Source: an uncultured Bacteroidia bacterium (GTDB lineage: Bacteria; Bacteroidota; Bacteroidia; Bacteroidales; CAJPTX01). Taken from it: a stretch of DNA of 53,495 bases. Every line of letters begins with the position of its first letter. Position 1 is the first letter of the stretch. The notes under the pieces were generated by a model. It was not told where the DNA came from. It made no database searches and worked only from the letters and a program-made list of their open reading frames with translations. Shown here piece by piece: positions 18,266 through 29,286 of this stretch. The DNA is taken from the NCBI GenBank assembly GCA_938040915.1, contig CALHZE010000233.1, positions 1-53,495 of the forward strand, in the 5' to 3' direction. The position numbers and the translations under genes are program-made.

Positions 18266-19660
18266 TTAGTTTCTACCGATCATTTTTTTGGGGTCAACCC
18301 ACTGGTCAAACTCCTCTGGGGTAAGAAGCCCCGACTCGAGGGCAGCTTGCCGTAGCGTAGTCCCCTCCGCATGGGCTTTCTTCGCGATCTTCGCCGCATT
18401 GGCATAACCGATGTGGGTATTGAGCGCCGTGACCAGCATCAGCGAGTTATTGAGATGCTCGGTAATTTTTTGCGTGTTGGGTAAAATGCCCGAGACACAG
18501 TGGAGGTCTAGCGAGACACACGCATCGCCCAAGAGGCGCGCCGACTGTAGGAAATTCGCCACAATCACGGGCTTAAAAACATTGAGCTCAAACTGCCCGA
18601 GCATCGCGCCCACCCCGATCGCCGCATCATTGCCCATGACTTGGGCGCAGACCATGGTCATCGCCTCTATCTGCGTGGGGTTGACCTTGCCGGGCATGAT
18701 ACTCGAGCCAGGTTCGTTCTCGGGGATCAGAATTTCGGAAATGCCACTCCGCGGCCCCGACGCCATCAACCGTAGGTCACTCGCGATTTTCATGAGCGAA
18801 ATAGCGACTTGACGTAGGGCAGCGTGCGCAGCCACCAACGCATCATGTGAGGAAAGGGCATCAAACTTGTTGGGGGCGGTCACAAACGGGTAACCAGTCA
18901 ACTCGGCAATCTTGCGCGCTACGAGCTCGGCATAACCCTTGGGGGTGTTGATCCCCGTGCCGACGGCCGTGCCGCCCAACGCCAGTTCGTAAAGACGAGG
19001 TAGGGAAGACTCCACGGCGCGAATCCCCGCAGTGAGCAAAGAGGCATACCCCGAGAACTCCTGCCCGAGGGTGAGGGGCGTGGCGTCCATCAGATGCGTA
19101 CGCCCAATCTTGACGATGTCAGTAAAGGCTTCGCTCTTTTGAGCCAACGACGTCGCCAAACGTTTGAGCCCTGGGAGAGTCACCTCAGAGAGTAAAGCGA
19201 CCGCCGCAATGTGCATCGCGGTGGGAAAGGTGTCGTTGCTCGACTGTGACTTGTTTACGTCGTCATTGGGGTGAATGAGGGGCGTCCCCTCGCCCAACAC
19301 CCCACCCATGAGCTGGTGAGCGCGGTTAGAGATCACCTCGTTAACGTTCATATTGCTCTGTGTCCCCGACCCCGTCTGCCAAATCACAAGCGGGAACATA
19401 TCGGCATGCTCGCCCGCTAGGATCTCGTCGCACACTTGGGCGATGAGGCGACACTTCTGTTCGTCTAATACGCCGAGCTCAAAGTTTGCCAGAGCAGCTG
19501 CCTTTTTAAGGAAGGCAAAGGCGCGGATGATTTCGCGTGGCATGCTCGCCGGAGCGCCAATTTTGAAGTTTTCAAACGAGCGTTCTGTCTGTGCTCCCCA
19601 GAGCTTGTCGGCGGGTACGCGTACCTCGCCCATCGTGTCGCGTTCGATTCTGTAGTCCAT
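18266..19660 (-). CDS. fumC: Class II fumarate hydratase
   Basis: 464 aa. Carries the lyase signature [13 protein letters not shown] and [11 protein letters not shown]. Confidence 0.95.
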   Translation of the reverse strand: MDYRIERDTMGEVRVPADKLWGAQTERSFENFKIGAPASMPREIIRAFAFLKKAAALANFELGVLDEQKCRLIAQVCDEILAGEHADMFPLVIWQTGSGTQSNMNVNEVISNRAHQLMGGVLGEGTPLIHPNDDVNKSQSSNDTFPTAMHIAAVALLSEVTLPGLKRLATSLAQKSEAFTDIVKIGRTHLMDATPLTLGQEFSGYASLLTAGIRAVESSLPRLYELALGGTAVGTGINTPKGYAELVARKIAELTGYPFVTAPNKFDALSSHDALVAAHAALRQVAISLMKIASDLRLMASGPRSGISEILIPENEPGSSIMPGKVNPTQIEAMTMVCAQVMGNDAAIGVGAMLGQFELNVFKPVIVANFLQSARLLGDACVSLDLHCVSGILPNTQKITEHLNNSLMLVTALNTHIGYANAAKIAKKAHAEGTTLRQAALESGLLTPEEFDQWVDPKKMIGRN

Positions 19661-19703
19661 CTGTCTTTCTACGGTTTTAGGTGATTGTTTGAGGTTGTTG
19701 GGA

Positions 19704-19711
19704 CAAAGGTA
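19704..19711 (-). promoter_or_regulatory. -7 promoter box (TACCTTTG on minus strand) for fumC
   Basis: TAnnTTTG match 44 nt upstream of ATG 19660. Confidence 0.4.
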
Positions 19712-19860
19712 AGAAATTTTAGGGGGGCGCTAAGAGGAGAGGCTGTGTGCAATTTTCTGTTCCCCTTAGAGGCGTAACACGCTATGCCGATCCCCTCGAC
19801 CATTCAGATTGTCTTTCCCTGCCACGCTCGTTGAAAATATATGGTGTGCGCCCGTAGCAT

Positions 19861-20070
19861 CTTTAGAAACTCCTAATTCTCTTTTTAAGGCGATAATCAA
19901 AAGAGTCACCAACGGAAATAAATGAAGTCGTCTAAAAATAGCGAAATGGGGGGCGTTTTTAGGGTAGGTAATTGCCCTAGGGAAGCCCTAGGGGAGCCCT
20001 AGCGCCTCCCTAGCAGCGCCCGTTGCGCAAGCACGCAGCACCGTACGAGGGTAAAGGAATTAAGGAAAAC
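19861..20070 (+). repeat. Copy A of a ~210-bp dispersed non-coding repeat (inverted partner at 41781-41999)
   Basis: Manual alignment with the reverse complement of 41781-41999. Shared blocks are CTTTAG.AA, TTTAAG..GATAAT.AAAAGA, TCGTCTAAAAA, a CCCTAG/CCCTAC-rich segment, and a 52-nt core (20019-20070 vs 41835-41784) with 45/52 identical positions. Confidence 0.75.
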
Positions 20071-20106
20071 GTAAAAACAAAAAGAGCCGCCCATATAGGC
20101 GGCTCT
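20071..20106 (-). terminator. Rho-independent terminator of pheS
   Basis: AGAGCCGCC (20083-20091) pairs with GGCGGCTCT (20098-20106). On the minus strand it is followed by TTTTGTTTTTAC, 20 nt after the pheS stop. Confidence 0.65.
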
Positions 20107-20126
20107 AAGGGCTCGCGACAAGCTCG

Positions 20127-21152
20127 CTATTCGTTGGTAAACTGCGATAGGAACTTGAGGTCGTTTTCAAAGAAGAGGCGGATGTCTTTAATGCCATACT
20201 TAAGCATTGCCATCCGCTCGATGCCCATCCCGAAGGCATAACCCGAGTAGACGTTGGGGTCGATACCACACGAGGCGAGGACGTTGGGGTCGACCATTCC
20301 ACAACCGAGGATCTCTAAAAAACCGGTTTGTTTGCAGACGTTACACCCCTTGCCTCCACAGAGGAAACAACTGATATCCATCTCTGCCGAGGGCTCGGTA
20401 AAAGGGAAGTAGGAGGGACGGAAGCGAATCTTGGTATCGACCCCGAAAATGCGGTGGACGAAGTAGAGAAGTACCTGTTGCAGGTCTGCAAAAGAGACCC
20501 CCTTGTCAACATAGAGCCCCTCGATCTGGTGAAACTGGCAGTGGGAACGCGCCGAGATGTCCTCATTGCGAAAGACCCGCCCTGGGCAAATAACCCGAAT
20601 CGGGGGTTTCTGCTGCTCCATGACGCGCACCTGTACCGAGGAAGTGTGTGTCCGCAATAGGACATCGGGGTCTCGCTCCACAAAGAAGGTGTCTTGCATA
20701 TCGCGCGCAGGATGCTCGGGCGGGAAATTGAGGGCTGAGAAAACATGCCAATCATCTTCGAGCTCAGGCCCTTGCTGAACAGAGAAGCCGATGGAACGGA
20801 AACACTCCTCGATCTCACGCTGCAGCAGCGCCAAGGGGTGATGTCCGCCAAAGGGGTGCGCATGGGGCGTGCGGGTGAGGTCGAGGTGCGCAGCACTGTC
20901 GGTCTTCTGACTCACGAGCGCCTCTTGCAAAGCATTAAAATGCTCTTGTGCCAACTGCTTTAACTGATTGATAGCAACGCCGAGCGCCTTCTTATCCTCA
21001 GGCGGGAGTTTCTTAAACTCGTCAAAGAGGGCAGGGATCTTACCGTTGCGCCCAAGGTAGGCAATGCGGAAGGCTTCGAGGTCTTGGGGCGTGGTGGGGT
21101 GTTGCGCTTCTATTTCCTGCGTAAGGGAGCGGATAGTTTCTAACATAGACAT
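20127..21152 (-). CDS. pheS: Phenylalanine--tRNA ligase alpha subunit
   Basis: 341 aa. Class II aaRS motifs: HPARDMQDTF, FRNE, YFPFTEPSAE, GFAFGMGIERMAML. Confidence 0.95.
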   Translation of the reverse strand: MSMLETIRSLTQEIEAQHPTTPQDLEAFRIAYLGRNGKIPALFDEFKKLPPEDKKALGVAINQLKQLAQEHFNALQEALVSQKTDSAAHLDLTRTPHAHPFGGHHPLALLQREIEECFRSIGFSVQQGPELEDDWHVFSALNFPPEHPARDMQDTFFVERDPDVLLRTHTSSVQVRVMEQQKPPIRVICPGRVFRNEDISARSHCQFHQIEGLYVDKGVSFADLQQVLLYFVHRIFGVDTKIRFRPSYFPFTEPSAEMDISCFLCGGKGCNVCKQTGFLEILGCGMVDPNVLASCGIDPNVYSGYAFGMGIERMAMLKYGIKDIRLFFENDLKFLSQFTNE

Positions 21153-21164
21153 CGCGCTTTGGGT

Positions 21165-22013
21165 TTACTTACCTAAGTTTTTAGGAGTATTGAGAATGGT
21201 CATCTTGTTGATAGTAACGCGATTCTTGGGGACATCGCCCGCCGCGGTCTCTACTGCCGCAATGGCATCAACCACGTCAATCCCCTCGATAACCTGCCCA
21301 AAGACGGTGTATTCGTTGTCAAGGTGTGGTGTTCCCCCGACGGTGGTATAGACTTGGCGCGCCTCGGGGGAAAAGTGAAACTCGTCGATGTGGCGGAGCT
21401 CTACCATCATAAGCGAGTCAAAAATCTTACGCATATCCTCTTGGTTCATCCCCTCCTTGACAAGGGTAGTGCGTTGCTCAGAGAAGTGTTGCATGGCGAG
21501 CTGTGCGGCACGGTTTTGCGTCATCCGCATCTCCATTTGCTCCATCTGCTCAGGGGTATAGACCGTCCCCTGCACAATATAGAACTGCGACCCCGACGAA
21601 CGCTTTTCTGGATTGGCTTGATCGCCCATGCGGGCAGCAGCGAGCGCCCCCTTACGATGGAGCTTGCCGGCGACGAACTCAGCAGGGACAGTATAACCAG
21701 GGTCACCCGTGCCCAGCATTTTCGTAGAATTGGGGTCTTTGGTGTTGGGGTCGCCCGTCTGGATCATAAAGTCTTTGATAACGCGGTGGAAAGAGACCCC
21801 GTCGTAGAAGTGTTGGTTGACGAGCTTGACGAAGTTATCGCGATGGAGCGGTGTGTCATTATCAAGCGTCACGACAATGTCGCCCATCGAGGTCTCCATC
21901 TTGACCACATACTGATCTTTTGGGTATTTCTTAGAGGCTGCACATCCACCGAAGGGCATCGCCAGCAGGGCAACGCCGAGGGCGATAAAAGAGAAACAAG
22001 TAAGACGATTCAT
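21165..22013 (-). CDS. Cyclophilin-type peptidyl-prolyl isomerase, probable lipoprotein, with an internal insertion
   Basis: 282 aa. Lipobox-like MPFGG-C; FHRVIKDFMIQTGDP, GALAAARMG, SQFYIVQG .. YTVFGQVIEGIDVVD. About 75 extra residues sit between the last two blocks compared with E. coli PpiB as I recall it. Confidence 0.85.
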   Translation of the reverse strand: MNRLTCFSFIALGVALLAMPFGGCAASKKYPKDQYVVKMETSMGDIVVTLDNDTPLHRDNFVKLVNQHFYDGVSFHRVIKDFMIQTGDPNTKDPNSTKMLGTGDPGYTVPAEFVAGKLHRKGALAAARMGDQANPEKRSSGSQFYIVQGTVYTPEQMEQMEMRMTQNRAAQLAMQHFSEQRTTLVKEGMNQEDMRKIFDSLMMVELRHIDEFHFSPEARQVYTTVGGTPHLDNEYTVFGQVIEGIDVVDAIAAVETAAGDVPKNRVTINKMTILNTPKNLGK

Positions 22014-22019
22014 ATTTGT

Positions 22020-22027
22020 TACCTTTG
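22020..22027 (+). promoter_or_regulatory. -7 promoter box (TACCTTTG) for the patatin-like gene
   Basis: TAnnTTTG match 28 nt upstream of ATG 22056. Confidence 0.35.
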
Positions 22028-22055
22028 TTAGCTACTGCTAAGATAGGGTATTTTG

Positions 22056-24401
22056 ATGGCACAAAGAGAAGGTTTGGGCTGGCACAGGTGCGCTTTTTGG
22101 TTATTGCTCGTTCTTAGCCTTCTTATTACTAATAGGCTAACGGCTCAAAGTGTAGGGCTAGCATTAAGTGGAGGAGGCGCGAAAGGGCTGGCGCATATCG
22201 GGGTGCTGAAGGCTCTAGAAGAACATGAGATCCCTATAGACTATGTTTCAGGGACCTCGATCGGCTCAATCGTCGGGATGCTCTACTGTGTGGGGTACTC
22301 GCCCGAGGAGATGATCGATATATTTAAGTCCCCAGAGTTTAAGGAGTGGCGTAATGGGGAGATACCAGAGAAGTATAAATATTACATCCGTCAGTATGCC
22401 AATGATCAGCGGATGTTGACCGTGTCGGTAAAAAAGGAAGAGCGAGACTCGGTCTTTAAGCTGGTCTTCCCTTCCCACCTACTCAATACCTCGCAAATGG
22501 ATTTGGCGTTTATGCGCTTTACAGCTGCGCCGAGCGGAATGGCAGGGCAAGACTTTAACCAACTCTTTCGTCCGTTTCGGTGCGTGGCGAGTGACGTATT
22601 TCACAAACGCGCGAAAGTCTTTCGTCGCGGCGACTTAGGGCAATCGGTGCGCGCGAGCATGACCTACCCCTTCCTCTTCCAATGTCAGGAGATTGACGAT
22701 GTGCTCTATTTTGACGGGGGGCTCTATAACAATTACCCGTGGAATGTGTTGCGCGACGACTTTCATCCGGAAGTAATCTTGGGAAGTAACGTTTCTGGGC
22801 TAAGCTCGCCCCCGACGAAGAACGACCTGTTAGGGCAAATCGAAATGCTGGTCATGAACCCAACCGACTATGCGTTGCCAGACTCGGTAGGAATATCAAT
22901 CAACATCCACTTTACCGACGTGGGGATTCTTGATTTTAACAAGTGCGACTCTTTAGTGTCAACGGGTTACACCCAAACCATCGCTTTAATGCCCGAGATC
23001 AAAGCACGGATAACGCGCCGCTATCCTCACGACTCACTGGTCGAGTCGCGGCGGAAGTATCGCGAGTCACTCCCTCAGCTGGTCTTTTCGCGCAACACGA
23101 CGGTAAGGGGCGTAAATCGGAAGCAGGAACGGTATATCGTAAAAGCGATCGACAAGACGCGGAACGCCTTTTCCTTCCAATCGTTTGAAGAGGAGTATTA
23201 TAAACACCTAGCTGATTGTAATATAGACCGAATTTTCCCGAAGGCTAATTATAACCCCTATACCCACCTCTTTCAGCTTGACCTGACGGTCGATCGCGCC
23301 CATCCGCTCGACTTATCGTTTGGCGGCAATATATCGAGCCGGAACTTAAGCAACATATTCCTAGGGATTGACTATAAAATCTTTTCCAACTTCTCAGCAC
23401 GGGCTTTTGCATACGGCACGATCGGTCACCTCTACTCTAATGCACAGCTAGGGTGGCGGCAAGACTTTCCGACCGCGATACCGTTTTACTACACCCTCGG
23501 CTACTCGTTTTCACGCTATGACTATCACACGACCTCGCCCATCGCGATCTTCGAAGACACCCGCCCCCCGTATGTAAAGATCAAGGACAACTATGTCTAT
23601 GGGCTGTTTGGCTTTCCGAGTTCGTTTAACTCACAGTGCAACATTATGGTACACGGTGGGGTGCGGATAGACAATTACTACCAAGGGATGCACTTTTTGC
23701 GCAACGACATCCCTGACGAGACCCTCACCCAGTACCTTTACGTGGGGAGCGAACTCCACCGGATGACGCTTAATTACAAGCAATTCCCCACGAAGGGACT
23801 CAAGTGGTTTTTACGCGCGGGCTTTTATGTGATGAGAGAGAATCATACGCCAGGGACGACCTCTATAATGAAACAGCAATTGAGCAATCGTCACCTTTGG
23901 TATAACATACACGGGTATTATGAAAACTACTTGCCCGTGGTGGGTGATTATGTCACGATGGGGGTGATGGGCGAGACAATGGCGATGTTAAAAGAGGCGT
24001 ATCGGAACTACACCTCTGATCTCCTGATGACCCCCAGCTTCTCACCTTCGTTCGCCACGCGCTCGATATTTATTTCACACCTTCACTCGCCGCTTTACTT
24101 AGCTGGGGGGCTTATGCCGACCTTTCAGATCTACCCCAACCTCTATCTCCAGGGGCGCGCGTTTGGATACCTGCCTATTTATAACTTGCGCGCCAACAGT
24201 GAACTCAAGAGCGTGTATGAGCTGAGCTTCCGAGAATATTACTTTTTTGGCGAGTTACACCTGTTTTACCAGACCTTGATCGGTCCAGTCAGTTTCTCGG
24301 TCTCCTACTTGCCCAATTGGCAAGCCAATCGGGTAGATAACTTCCTTGTAAGCGTAAACTTAGGGTATAGTATCTTTAACAATACAGGGCTACGATTTTA
24401 G
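22056..24401 (+). CDS. Patatin-like phospholipase fused to an Omp85-like beta-barrel region
   Basis: Has GLALSGGGAKGLAHIGVLKALEE (oxyanion GGGxxG), GTSIGS (GxSxG nucleophile), and DGG. The long C-terminal half is aromatic- and Gly-rich and ends ..NNTGLRF. The track start at 22053 is TTG; ATG is at 22056. Confidence 0.8.
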   Translation: MAQREGLGWHRCAFWLLLVLSLLITNRLTAQSVGLALSGGGAKGLAHIGVLKALEEHEIPIDYVSGTSIGSIVGMLYCVGYSPEEMIDIFKSPEFKEWRNGEIPEKYKYYIRQYANDQRMLTVSVKKEERDSVFKLVFPSHLLNTSQMDLAFMRFTAAPSGMAGQDFNQLFRPFRCVASDVFHKRAKVFRRGDLGQSVRASMTYPFLFQCQEIDDVLYFDGGLYNNYPWNVLRDDFHPEVILGSNVSGLSSPPTKNDLLGQIEMLVMNPTDYALPDSVGISINIHFTDVGILDFNKCDSLVSTGYTQTIALMPEIKARITRRYPHDSLVESRRKYRESLPQLVFSRNTTVRGVNRKQERYIVKAIDKTRNAFSFQSFEEEYYKHLADCNIDRIFPKANYNPYTHLFQLDLTVDRAHPLDLSFGGNISSRNLSNIFLGIDYKIFSNFSARAFAYGTIGHLYSNAQLGWRQDFPTAIPFYYTLGYSFSRYDYHTTSPIAIFEDTRPPYVKIKDNYVYGLFGFPSSFNSQCNIMVHGGVRIDNYYQGMHFLRNDIPDETLTQYLYVGSELHRMTLNYKQFPTKGLKWFLRAGFYVMRENHTPGTTSIMKQQLSNRHLWYNIHGYYENYLPVVGDYVTMGVMGETMAMLKEAYRNYTSDLLMTPSFSPSFATRSIFISHLHSPLYLAGGLMPTFQIYPNLYLQGRAFGYLPIYNLRANSELKSVYELSFREYYFFGELHLFYQTLIGPVSFSVSYLPNWQANRVDNFLVSVNLGYSIFNNTGLRF

Positions 24402-24416
24402 AGACTCTGCTGGGGG

Positions 24417-25877
24417 ATGGGCATACTTCGTAAATTGGCAAGCCAATCGGCTATCTATGGGCTGAGTAGTGTAGTACCTCGGTTGCTCAACTACTTTTTG
24501 GTGAGCCTTCACTCTCGAGTCTTTAACGAGGGGGAGTATGGGGTGATCACCGAGCTGTATGCGTATGTGGCGGTGCTATTGATCTTGCTGACCTTTGGTT
24601 TGGAGACGGGTTTCTTCCGGTTTGCGGGCAAGAAAGAGAGCCCTGCGACGGGCGATCGGGTCTTCAGCACAATATTTTACTTTTTGGGCGCGACGAGCCT
24701 GAGCTTCTTTGGGTTAGGTTGGCTACTGCTTAGCCCGATAGCCGATCTCTTAAACTATCAGGGGAGCGAAAGTCTGCTGCTAATGATGTTTGCCATTTTG
24801 GCAATTGACGCGTGGAGCGCCCCGCTGTTTAACCGACTGCGGTGGCAAGAGCGCCCCAAAGCCTATAGCGCGATCAAGATCCTCTCGGTGCTGGTTAATA
24901 TCGGTTTCAATGTGCTGTTCTTGGTGGGTTACCCTTACCTCGGGTGGTATGACCCATCGTTTGGTGTGGGGTATGTGCTCTTGAGTAACCTCTTGGGGAG
25001 TGGTGTGGCGTGGTTGCTCGCCTTTTTTGCCTGTGGTGGGCTACCGCGGGTATTCCGCTGGAAGATCTTGACCCCTATTTTAGCCTTCTCGTTCCCACTC
25101 TTGTTAAGCGGTCTGGCGGGAACAACCAACGAGTTTATGGATCGTCTCTTCATCAAATGGCTCACCCCTGCGGCAGACCCGATGAGTGAACTGGGGATTT
25201 ATGGCGCCAACGGTAAAATCGCCGTGCTCTTGGTGTTGTGTGTGCAGATGTTTAAGTTCGCTGCCGAACCCTTCTTCTTTTCGAGTGCTGACGAAAAGAA
25301 CGACCCGAGGGTGTATGCGATGGTCACGAAATATTTCTGGTACTTTACCCTCCTCGTCTTGGTGGGGATTATGTTTTACCTTCCCTTGTTCCAGTTCTTC
25401 ATCGGTCGGAGCTTTCGGACGGGGCTTGGGGTCATCCCCATCCTACTGGTAGCAAACTTGTTATACGGTCTCTTTTTCAATGTAAGCTTTTGGTATAAAC
25501 TCCAGAAGCGAACGTGGTATGGGGTATTGTTTACCGTAACGGGCGCGGTGGTAACCCTCGGTGTCAACCTGCTCTTAACCCCGATGCTCAGCTATTATGG
25601 CGCGGCTTGGGCACGGGTGGCAAGTTACTTAGTGATGTGTGTGGTGTGTGTATGGATCGGGCGTCGTTACTTTCCTGTCCCGTATGAGTATCGGAAGTTC
25701 TTCGTTTCGTTGCTCTTGGGTCTTTCGTTTCTAGGGCTCGGGAGCTTACTCTCAGACACGGCGTGGTGGCTCATGCTGGGGGTGCGCTCGTTACTGTTAC
25801 TTTTGTTGGTTTATCTGTTTATGAGATTAGAGGGTATATCGCCCTTGAGATTGGTAACATTATGGAGACGAAAGTAA
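24417..25877 (+). CDS. Polysaccharide/oligosaccharide flippase (MOP/Wzx-like, about 12-14 TM segments)
   Basis: 486 aa, polytopic and hydrophobic throughout, with a Wzx/RfbX-like N-terminus ([21 protein letters not shown]). Confidence 0.6.
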   Translation: MGILRKLASQSAIYGLSSVVPRLLNYFLVSLHSRVFNEGEYGVITELYAYVAVLLILLTFGLETGFFRFAGKKESPATGDRVFSTIFYFLGATSLSFFGLGWLLLSPIADLLNYQGSESLLLMMFAILAIDAWSAPLFNRLRWQERPKAYSAIKILSVLVNIGFNVLFLVGYPYLGWYDPSFGVGYVLLSNLLGSGVAWLLAFFACGGLPRVFRWKILTPILAFSFPLLLSGLAGTTNEFMDRLFIKWLTPAADPMSELGIYGANGKIAVLLVLCVQMFKFAAEPFFFSSADEKNDPRVYAMVTKYFWYFTLLVLVGIMFYLPLFQFFIGRSFRTGLGVIPILLVANLLYGLFFNVSFWYKLQKRTWYGVLFTVTGAVVTLGVNLLLTPMLSYYGAAWARVASYLVMCVVCVWIGRRYFPVPYEYRKFFVSLLLGLSFLGLGSLLSDTAWWLMLGVRSLLLLLLVYLFMRLEGISPLRLVTLWRRK

Positions 25878-26302
25878 AAATCGTACTAAAGGTAGGGGCT
25901 CAACTCCCGAGCTATATGACGCCAGGGAGTGCTGGGGCAGATCTTTTCGCTCATCTAGAAAAGCCGTTAACAGTGTCGCCGATGGGCGGGGTAGTTGCCG
26001 TGCCGACGGGGGTCTCTATAGAGCTCCCGATTGGGTTTGAGGCTCAGATTCGCCCACGGAGTGGTTTGGCAAAAAAGCACGCAGTGACGGTCTTAAATGC
26101 ACCAGGGACGATCGATAGTGACTATCGGGGCGAGATTATCGTTCTACTGATCAACCACGGCAGAGAGTCTTACACCATAGCGCCACAAGAACGAATCGCG
26201 CAGATGGTGATCGCCCCCGTGACAAGAGCCGTGTGGGAAGAGGTAGAGACATTGGAAGAGACCATACGTAACAGACAAGGATTTGGACATACAGGAAAAT
26301 GA
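25862..26302 (+). CDS. dut: dUTP diphosphatase
   Basis: The track ORF 25763..26302 overlaps the flippase; the in-frame ATG 25862 (METKVKIV..) gives the usual ~146 aa. Motifs: [31 protein letters not shown]. Confidence 0.9.
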   Translation: METKVKIVLKVGAQLPSYMTPGSAGADLFAHLEKPLTVSPMGGVVAVPTGVSIELPIGFEAQIRPRSGLAKKHAVTVLNAPGTIDSDYRGEIIVLLINHGRESYTIAPQERIAQMVIAPVTRAVWEEVETLEETIRNRQGFGHTGK

Positions 26303-28068
26303 AGCTAGTGAAGCTATGGGGTATCCTACTTGGCGTAGGGGCAGTGTTATGGGGCGTGGGGTGTGCGACACACCCAAAGACAACGACCCCGAAGTTTGAG
26401 AAGGAGGTCGGTAATCCGTACTTTGATAGTTACTACCTTTTCCTGACCGACACCACAGAGGCGCTATTACCACGCCTGCGTGCAAAGTTTGCCCAATCGC
26501 AATCGCCCGAAATAAGCGACCTTATCGCCCAAGTATTTTACCGGAATGGTAGGTTAGACTCGGCGCAAGCCTATATAGAACGATCTTACCGACTTGACTC
26601 AAACAACGTCGACTATGCGAAGAGGTATTACGCGATATTAGAGGAGCAACAAAAAGACCCCGCGCGCCTAGTCTATCTTGCCGATCGGTTGATATCGCTA
26701 GACAGCGGGGATGCGAAGAACCAGTACTCACTTCTCATGGCTTACATCCGAGACAACCGCATTGGGGAGGCAATACGCTATGGTCGCTCGCGCCAAGAGT
26801 TCTTCCGCCGCTACTTCGAAATCGATCAAATGCTCATCAACCTCTACTTGCAATCGCAGATGCCTGATTCGGCGATGCGTGTGGCAGAGGAGCTTATCGC
26901 GCAAGACCCCAGCGAGTCAAATAGTTATTTCGTAGCCTCGACGGTTGCCGCGCGCAGTAACGACACCTTGAACTACAAACGCTATTTCAAGCAAGGGGTG
27001 AAATATGGATGCCCGAACGAGTTGTTAGTTGAGGCTTATGCGCAGTATTTGCTCATAGAGCAACGCAACCCGCGCGAGTTGCTAGGGACTCTCGATACCA
27101 TCTTTGAGCGCTGCCACTACCCCGAGTCATGGCTTGTGGAAATGCTCTCCAACCTCCGTTTTGTCTTCACCTCACCACGGATGAGTGACCCCACAGAGCG
27201 CCACCTCCTCTCAAGCTTTGAGAGACAATTATCCCACTCGTCAGAAGGGCAGTTTGTCCTCTTACAATATTACCGACGTAATTTCGACACCGCAGCGGCC
27301 TTAGCTTTGATAGCGCGCAACCAAAAGACGTTTGCACCGAGCTACATATGGGACATGATTTATGTGAGCGAGAGCTTAAAATTCCGCCCCAAACCGAGAG
27401 TAAGCCACTGGGGCGAAGAAACACGGGTAGCGCGTGAAAACATTACAAAATACCCTTTTGATCTTTTTTCTGCTTATGTCTATTTCGAGTGGGTGGGTGA
27501 GGCGACCGACTCTGTGCGACGCATCGACACGGTCGATCACTACATAGGTTACTATAAGGAGCTCTTGCGCCAAGCAAAGAAAGACGAGGTCTATCGGTTT
27601 GAACTCACCTTTGGCAAAGACACGACCGTGCAGCGCATCCCCATCTTGCTCGCCAACCTATCGCGCCTCTATGGGTATAAGGGGGATGTGAGTCGAAAAG
27701 ATCAAAAGGCGTTCGAAGCATACAAAGAAGCGTTGAAATATAACCCCTCTAACGAAGTGGCGCTGAATAACTATGCCTATAATCTGGCGCTGGTCGATGC
27801 GAAGCAGCTCAAGCGCGCCCTCAAGATGTCGGAAAAGAGTTTGACGATAGACCCTAATAACGAAAACTACTTAGACACGTATGGCTATATCCTCTATCGC
27901 TTAGGACGTTATAAGGAAGCTAAAGCGGTATTCACAAAGCTATTATCGATCAATCCGCGTCCGGGTGCGACCTCGCTCCTACACTATAGCGCACTATTAG
28001 AGGCGCTGGGGAATAAGGATGCGGCAGAGGTCTACCGTATGAAGGCAACACAAGCCGAAAGCGAGTAG
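26299..28068 (+). CDS. TPR-repeat lipoprotein
   Basis: 589 aa with lipobox VLWGVG-C. TPR-like helices occur especially at the C-terminus ([44 protein letters not shown]). The start overlaps the dut stop (ATGA). Confidence 0.55.
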   Translation: MKLVKLWGILLGVGAVLWGVGCATHPKTTTPKFEKEVGNPYFDSYYLFLTDTTEALLPRLRAKFAQSQSPEISDLIAQVFYRNGRLDSAQAYIERSYRLDSNNVDYAKRYYAILEEQQKDPARLVYLADRLISLDSGDAKNQYSLLMAYIRDNRIGEAIRYGRSRQEFFRRYFEIDQMLINLYLQSQMPDSAMRVAEELIAQDPSESNSYFVASTVAARSNDTLNYKRYFKQGVKYGCPNELLVEAYAQYLLIEQRNPRELLGTLDTIFERCHYPESWLVEMLSNLRFVFTSPRMSDPTERHLLSSFERQLSHSSEGQFVLLQYYRRNFDTAAALALIARNQKTFAPSYIWDMIYVSESLKFRPKPRVSHWGEETRVARENITKYPFDLFSAYVYFEWVGEATDSVRRIDTVDHYIGYYKELLRQAKKDEVYRFELTFGKDTTVQRIPILLANLSRLYGYKGDVSRKDQKAFEAYKEALKYNPSNEVALNNYAYNLALVDAKQLKRALKMSEKSLTIDPNNENYLDTYGYILYRLGRYKEAKAVFTKLLSINPRPGATSLLHYSALLEALGNKDAAEVYRMKATQAESE

Positions 28069-28098
28069 AGGAAAAGGAAAAGATTAACTAACAAGAGG

Positions 28099-29286
28099 AT
28101 GACGCTCAAGAGTTTGATTCGTTGGCTGGTATACGGAGTCCTTTTCTTGATCTCCAACGCGAGTGTGGCACAAAAGCTCGTAGATCTGCAACGACAAAAG
28201 GCTCAGACCTTGGAGCGGATATCCACCACCTCGCTCCTTATCGAAGAAGGGAGCAAATCGCAAGCACAAAACACGCGCAAGCTAGATCTCTTGACGGCAC
28301 AAATAGAGACCCGTAACGACCTGATCAAGAATATCAATCAGCAAATCGAACTCTACAACCGAGAGATCTCTCATCGGGTACGGAACATCACACAACACGA
28401 GCGCGAACGCGACACGCTTTTAAGCCAATATGCGCAGTTCGTCAAGCGGACACAGTTTCTTCAAGGTCGTAATGAGGTACTCCTCCAGATATTGGCGTCA
28501 AAGAACCTCTCGCAGATGTATCGACGCATTCGGTTCTACCGCGAATATTTGCAATATCAACACTCACAACACGACACAATCGTGGCATTAAACCAAAGGC
28601 TACAAGGCGAACGCGACTCGCTAGTGGGGGCACAAAAGCGCTTAGTAGGGCTAAGAAACGAAGAGTATGCCTCTCGTAACCAACTTCTTTCAGAACAAGA
28701 ACTCTACAACAAAGAGCTGCAGCGCCTCCTGCAACAGGAAAAGGCGTGGAAAAACACGTTGCTAGAAGATCAAAAGAAAGTGAGAGAGCTCAACGTGGCG
28801 ATCAATAAACTCTTAGAGGAGGAGGCTGAGCAGAACCGCAAAGCCAAACACGACGCCCAGTATAAAAAACTTGGCAAGGATTTTGCTAGCAACAAGGGAA
28901 AGTTGCCTTGGCCCATCTTAACAGGGTCAATCATACGAGGGTATGGACAGCAAGAGAGCAAACTCCTCAAGGGGATCAAAACGACGAGCGAGGGGGTAGA
29001 TATTGCCGCCCAAAAGAACTCGGTGGTGCGGAGCGTGTTTAACGGTAAGGTTACCAAGGTCGCGCACATCCCAGGGGGTAATGACGTAGTGATCATCCGC
29101 CACGGGGAGTTTCTTACCCTCTACTCCAACTTGGTCAACTTGGTGGTGAGCACGGGCGATGAGGTCAAGGCGGGGCAGACGCTCGGGACGGTCTATACGG
29201 AGAAAAACGCCGTGCAAGGGACACTACACTTTGAAATATGGAAGGAGTTCCGTTCTCAAAACCCAAAAGTCTGGCTTCACCCATAG
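28099..29286 (+). CDS. Coiled-coil M23/LytM peptidase (EnvC-like murein hydrolase activator)
   Basis: 395 aa with a signal peptide and a long Q/E/R/L-rich coiled coil. The C-terminal LytM domain shows GVDIAA, VIIRHGEFLTLYSNL, GQTLGTV, LHFEIW. Confidence 0.8.
   Translation: MTLKSLIRWLVYGVLFLISNASVAQKLVDLQRQKAQTLERISTTSLLIEEGSKSQAQNTRKLDLLTAQIETRNDLIKNINQQIELYNREISHRVRNITQHERERDTLLSQYAQFVKRTQFLQGRNEVLLQILASKNLSQMYRRIRFYREYLQYQHSQHDTIVALNQRLQGERDSLVGAQKRLVGLRNEEYASRNQLLSEQELYNKELQRLLQQEKAWKNTLLEDQKKVRELNVAINKLLEEEAEQNRKAKHDAQYKKLGKDFASNKGKLPWPILTGSIIRGYGQQESKLLKGIKTTSEGVDIAAQKNSVVRSVFNGKVTKVAHIPGGNDVVIIRHGEFLTLYSNLVNLVVSTGDEVKAGQTLGTVYTEKNAVQGTLHFEIWKEFRSQNPKVWLHP

Noticed and set aside
20023-20241. 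ORFs 20023..20241 and 41634..41831 encode similar peptides (..YEGKGIKENV.. / ..YEGKEIKENI..), which hints at a small protein family.
   Set aside because: The similarity follows from the DNA repeat. The alignment needs indels that break the frame, the ORFs run into the pheS terminator/CDS, and there is no start context.
25763-25861. A long dut ORF (179 aa) overlapping the flippase by 115 nt, which could indicate a fusion or frameshift.
   Set aside because: The in-frame ATG at 25862 yields a normal-length Dut, and the upstream extension has no Dut-like sequence. It is an ORF-caller artefact. The same logic was applied to ispD (40759 vs 40864), mnmA and ruvB.
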